A stretch of DNA of 63,832 nucleotides, counting the filler, from Octopus bimaculoides (Eukaryota), in NCBI RefSeq assembly GCF_001194135.2. It is 6 parts of 6 records of this genome, joined end to end, with 100 filler letters (N's around TTAATTAATTAA, not from the genome) between each part and the next. Parts side by side here need not be neighbours in the genome. Positions count along the whole stretch, not along the records: positions 53,990 to 63,832 come from NC_069005.1; 5 more parts are not named here. One strand, 5' to 3'. The notes below the pieces were generated by a model. It saw nothing but the letters and a program-made list of their open reading frames with translations. It was not told where the DNA came from and ran no database searches. How positions within the stretch are numbered: position 1 is the first letter of the stretch; the number at the start of each line of letters is the position of its first letter. This document shows, piece after piece, positions 61,057-63,832 of this stretch. Made by a program: the position numbers and the translations under genes.

Positions 61057-62271
61057 TCTCACAAACCTTCATACATATACACAAATACACATTTACTCAC
61101 ACTCACACACAAGCCCTCATACACACACACACACACACACACACACGTCACTGACATTAGACTCCCATACATCACCTTATACACACATTCCGATCATTCA
61201 AATACCACCCTTAATAACACAATACTGCCCCATGTCACAAATTTCACACAAATACCCCTTGTCTACATCTACCAACACCTTCAAAAGACCCCCTCCCTCA
61301 CAAACTAGACCCTCATACCCACCACATATCACACCTGCAAATCTCACACATATTCCCCACTTATACACTATACTTACAAGCCTCAACATACATACACACA
61401 TACATCCTATATGCACAAACACACACACACTCACATACATACACACTCTCACACACACACACATGCACACTCACACATACTCATATATTCACATATACAC
61501 ACACATAGACACTCACATACACACACACATACACACCCACACATTCTCACACTCTCGCACACACACACACACACACACACATGCAGACACTGGTGTGGCT
61601 GTGTGGTTTAAGAAGCTCACTTTGCAACTCCATAGCTACAGGTTTATCTCCCCCATAACTTAGCGGTTCAGCAAAAAGCAACTGAAAAAAATAAGTACTA
61701 GGCTTACAAAGAATAAGTCCTGGGGGGGTTCGATTTGCTCGACTAAAGGTGGTGCTCCAGCATGACCGCAGTCAAATGACAGAAAGAATGTGGCAAAAGA
61801 CAACTTCCGATCTAGTTTATTTCAGAAGTATATTTACATACATTTTTCAATTATACACCCAACCACCATGCATGTATAAACACTCTCTTATATACACAGG
61901 TTCAAGTGTTGTGTATGCTCATATATGTTGTATTTGCTTGGCTATAACGGTATGAAGCGCCAAACTCCGCACTTTTACTTAGGTGTTACACCTGGCAACG
62001 GAATTATTCTTAACACACCTTTGGTTCTCAGTGACCCGATATTCTTTAGTAAACATGTTTATTTGCAGTATTTGCAAAAAAGGAAAAATACAATCTTTAA
62101 AAGGCCTGGGAATTTTGTATAGAATATTGTTGGGGGCTAACACTGGTCCCAGCTTCTATTTGGGCAGACCTACAAGATGTGTTTATGCACTTGTTGTTGT
62201 TGTTGACATCATCATTGGTGGTGGTGGTAGTGGTTTTGGTGGTAGTGGTCATTGTGGTTTTGGTGGTAATC

Positions 62272-62500
62272 TTATTTCTTTATTGCCCACAAGGGGCTAA
62301 ACATAGAGGGGACAAACAAGGACAGACAAAGGGATTAAGTCGATTACATCGACCCCAGTGCGTAACTGGTACTTAATTTATCGACCCCGAAAGGATGAAA
62401 GGCAAAGTAGACCTCGGCAGAATTTGAACTCAGAACGTAAAGACAGACGAAATACCGCTAAGCATTTCGCCCGGCGTGTTAACGTTTCTGCCAGCTTGCC
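62272..62500 (-). mobile_element. Family B SINE, near-intact (CpG-retaining) copy
   Basis: Closely matches the 24775-24998 copy. It is inserted in a (GGT/GTT/CAT)n tract. Confidence 0.9.
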
Positions 62501-63442
62501 TCATCATCATCATGGTTATGGTTTTGGTGGTGGTGGTGTTGTGGTCGGCACTGATGGCTGTGGTGGTTGTACAGCGTCAGCATTGTTGCCTTGCCTCATC
62601 TCAGTCCAAATCAAGCAGACTGATGACCAAATGCATTGTAGCCAGCCATGACTTCCCCACTTTTTATTTCTTTTTGTACATCTAAGATTACATTGCTCTG
62701 TAGTGTGTCCTTCCATTTTTGAAACGGTAAAATGGAGTCATTCAACTGACATTTGGTTGCCATTTCTAGCAGGTTTATAGACTGCATGGAGGTTCACTCA
62801 TTAACTTGCATTGTTGTTGTTGTTGCTGTTTTAGCCCTATATCACATTCCAACAGTGACCAATCCAAACTTCTTTCCAACTATGGTTAGCATACATGAAA
62901 CAACACACTTTGATGTGGCCTATTCCAAGATACTAATGTCCAATTTGAAAGAGATTTGGCTATATCATTATCATCACCATCATCATTTAACGTCTGTTAT
63001 CCATGCTGGGACAGTTTGACTGGAACCTGGTAGGGCCAGGGTCTTCACCAGTCTCCATTGTCTGCTCTGGTGTGGTTTCTACGGCTGGATACCCTTTCTA
63101 ACGCTAACCACGTCACAGTGATTTTTATGTGGCACCAACACTGGTGTCAATTCTGGTGTGTGTGTGTGTGTGCGGATATGCAATCTATGTGGGTCTTTTC
63201 AAAACATTGTCTGGTTTAAAAAGCCACATCAGATGCCATGATGGTTCTAAAGTGTAGGTACAGGAGATGGTCAAAACTCTGCATAAGGAGTAGACAACCA
63301 CCATGTATGTATGTGTGTGTGTGTTTATAATATGTGTACTGTATATGTAACCCATATTATGTTCATTTCACAGATCCACATGAAAAGAATCAGTAGACAA
63401 ACTGATTCATTTCCATGATTCCTGTTTTCTCTCTGTTTTCAG

Positions 63443-63590
63443 TCAACAAAGAAATTATGTGCCCAGTTTGTGAGAAAGAGTCGCAGCAAGGTGACTCTCG
63501 TCGTCTTTCAGGGGATTCCTCAGAAAACCTGTTTCCCACACAACAGATCCAGAGGCACAGGCTAAGTTTACCCTTGCCACTACCTAAAGG
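63443..63590 (+). CDS. Probable next exon of the ankyrin-repeat gene
   Basis: Strong acceptor cctgttttctctctgttttcAG|TC, phase 1, compatible with the previous exon. Encodes (V)NKEIMCPVCEKESQQGDSRRLSG... The 3' end is uncertain: donors at 63491 or 63591, or a stop at 63598-63600. Confidence 0.6.
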
Positions 63591-63756
63591 GTTAGTATGA
63601 AAGTTTAATTAGTTAACCTTTTATTAAATATGTCACCTGTCATCGGTAGGGAATATTACTAGGGCTTAAGGGAATAGAAATAATCAAGTTCTCTCTCTTT
63701 ATCTTTCTGTGCCTCTCTCTCTCTCTTTCTCTCTGTATACATACATACACCTATTT

Positions 63757-63787
<31 letters not shown>

Positions 63788-63832
63788 CATTTGCTGGATC
63801 TTTGTAGGATTTAATGAAATTTTTATGGGTTC

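Noticed and set aside
9421-62500. Apparent minus-strand bias of family B SINE copies
   Set aside because: The number of copies is small and they span several genes and scaffold joins, so this cannot be separated from chance without genome-wide counts.

Overview
This is eukaryotic, AT-rich, microsatellite-dense and repeat-rich DNA with many N gaps. The repeat families and composition suggest a coleoid cephalopod, probably an Octopus draft assembly (inference). Two protein-coding genes are supportable. (1) The 3' seven exons of a clan-4 cytochrome P450 (CYP4V-like) lie on the minus strand at 30083-39072. All splice sites are GT-AG and phase-consistent, giving about 291 aa with EVDTFMFEGHDTT, ExxR, PDRF and FSAGPRNCIG motifs. 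Its 5' exons were not found. (2) Three phase-compatible exons of an ankyrin-repeat protein lie on the plus strand at 58224 to about 63590. There are weak hints of a third, minus-strand gene (candidate exons at 13916-14021 and 4441-4493). The rest is a layered TE landscape: a Mutator element with TIRs and TSD, mariner relics and MITEs, piggyBac-type MITEs, RTE, CR1, R4/Dong and Penelope relics, several tRNA-derived SINE families, and several foldback hairpins. No CRISPR, rRNA or true tRNA genes were seen. I cannot demonstrate a new biological system. The best leads are a perfect 64-bp inverted repeat symmetrically bracketing an in-frame-skippable ankyrin exon, foldback elements centred on telomere-type repeats, Penelope-type hammerhead-like motifs, a 36-bp minisatellite born inside a mariner transposase, and CpG-decay domains readable from SINE paralogues. 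Repeat boundaries are read by eye and approximate. Exon boundaries were counted base by base.
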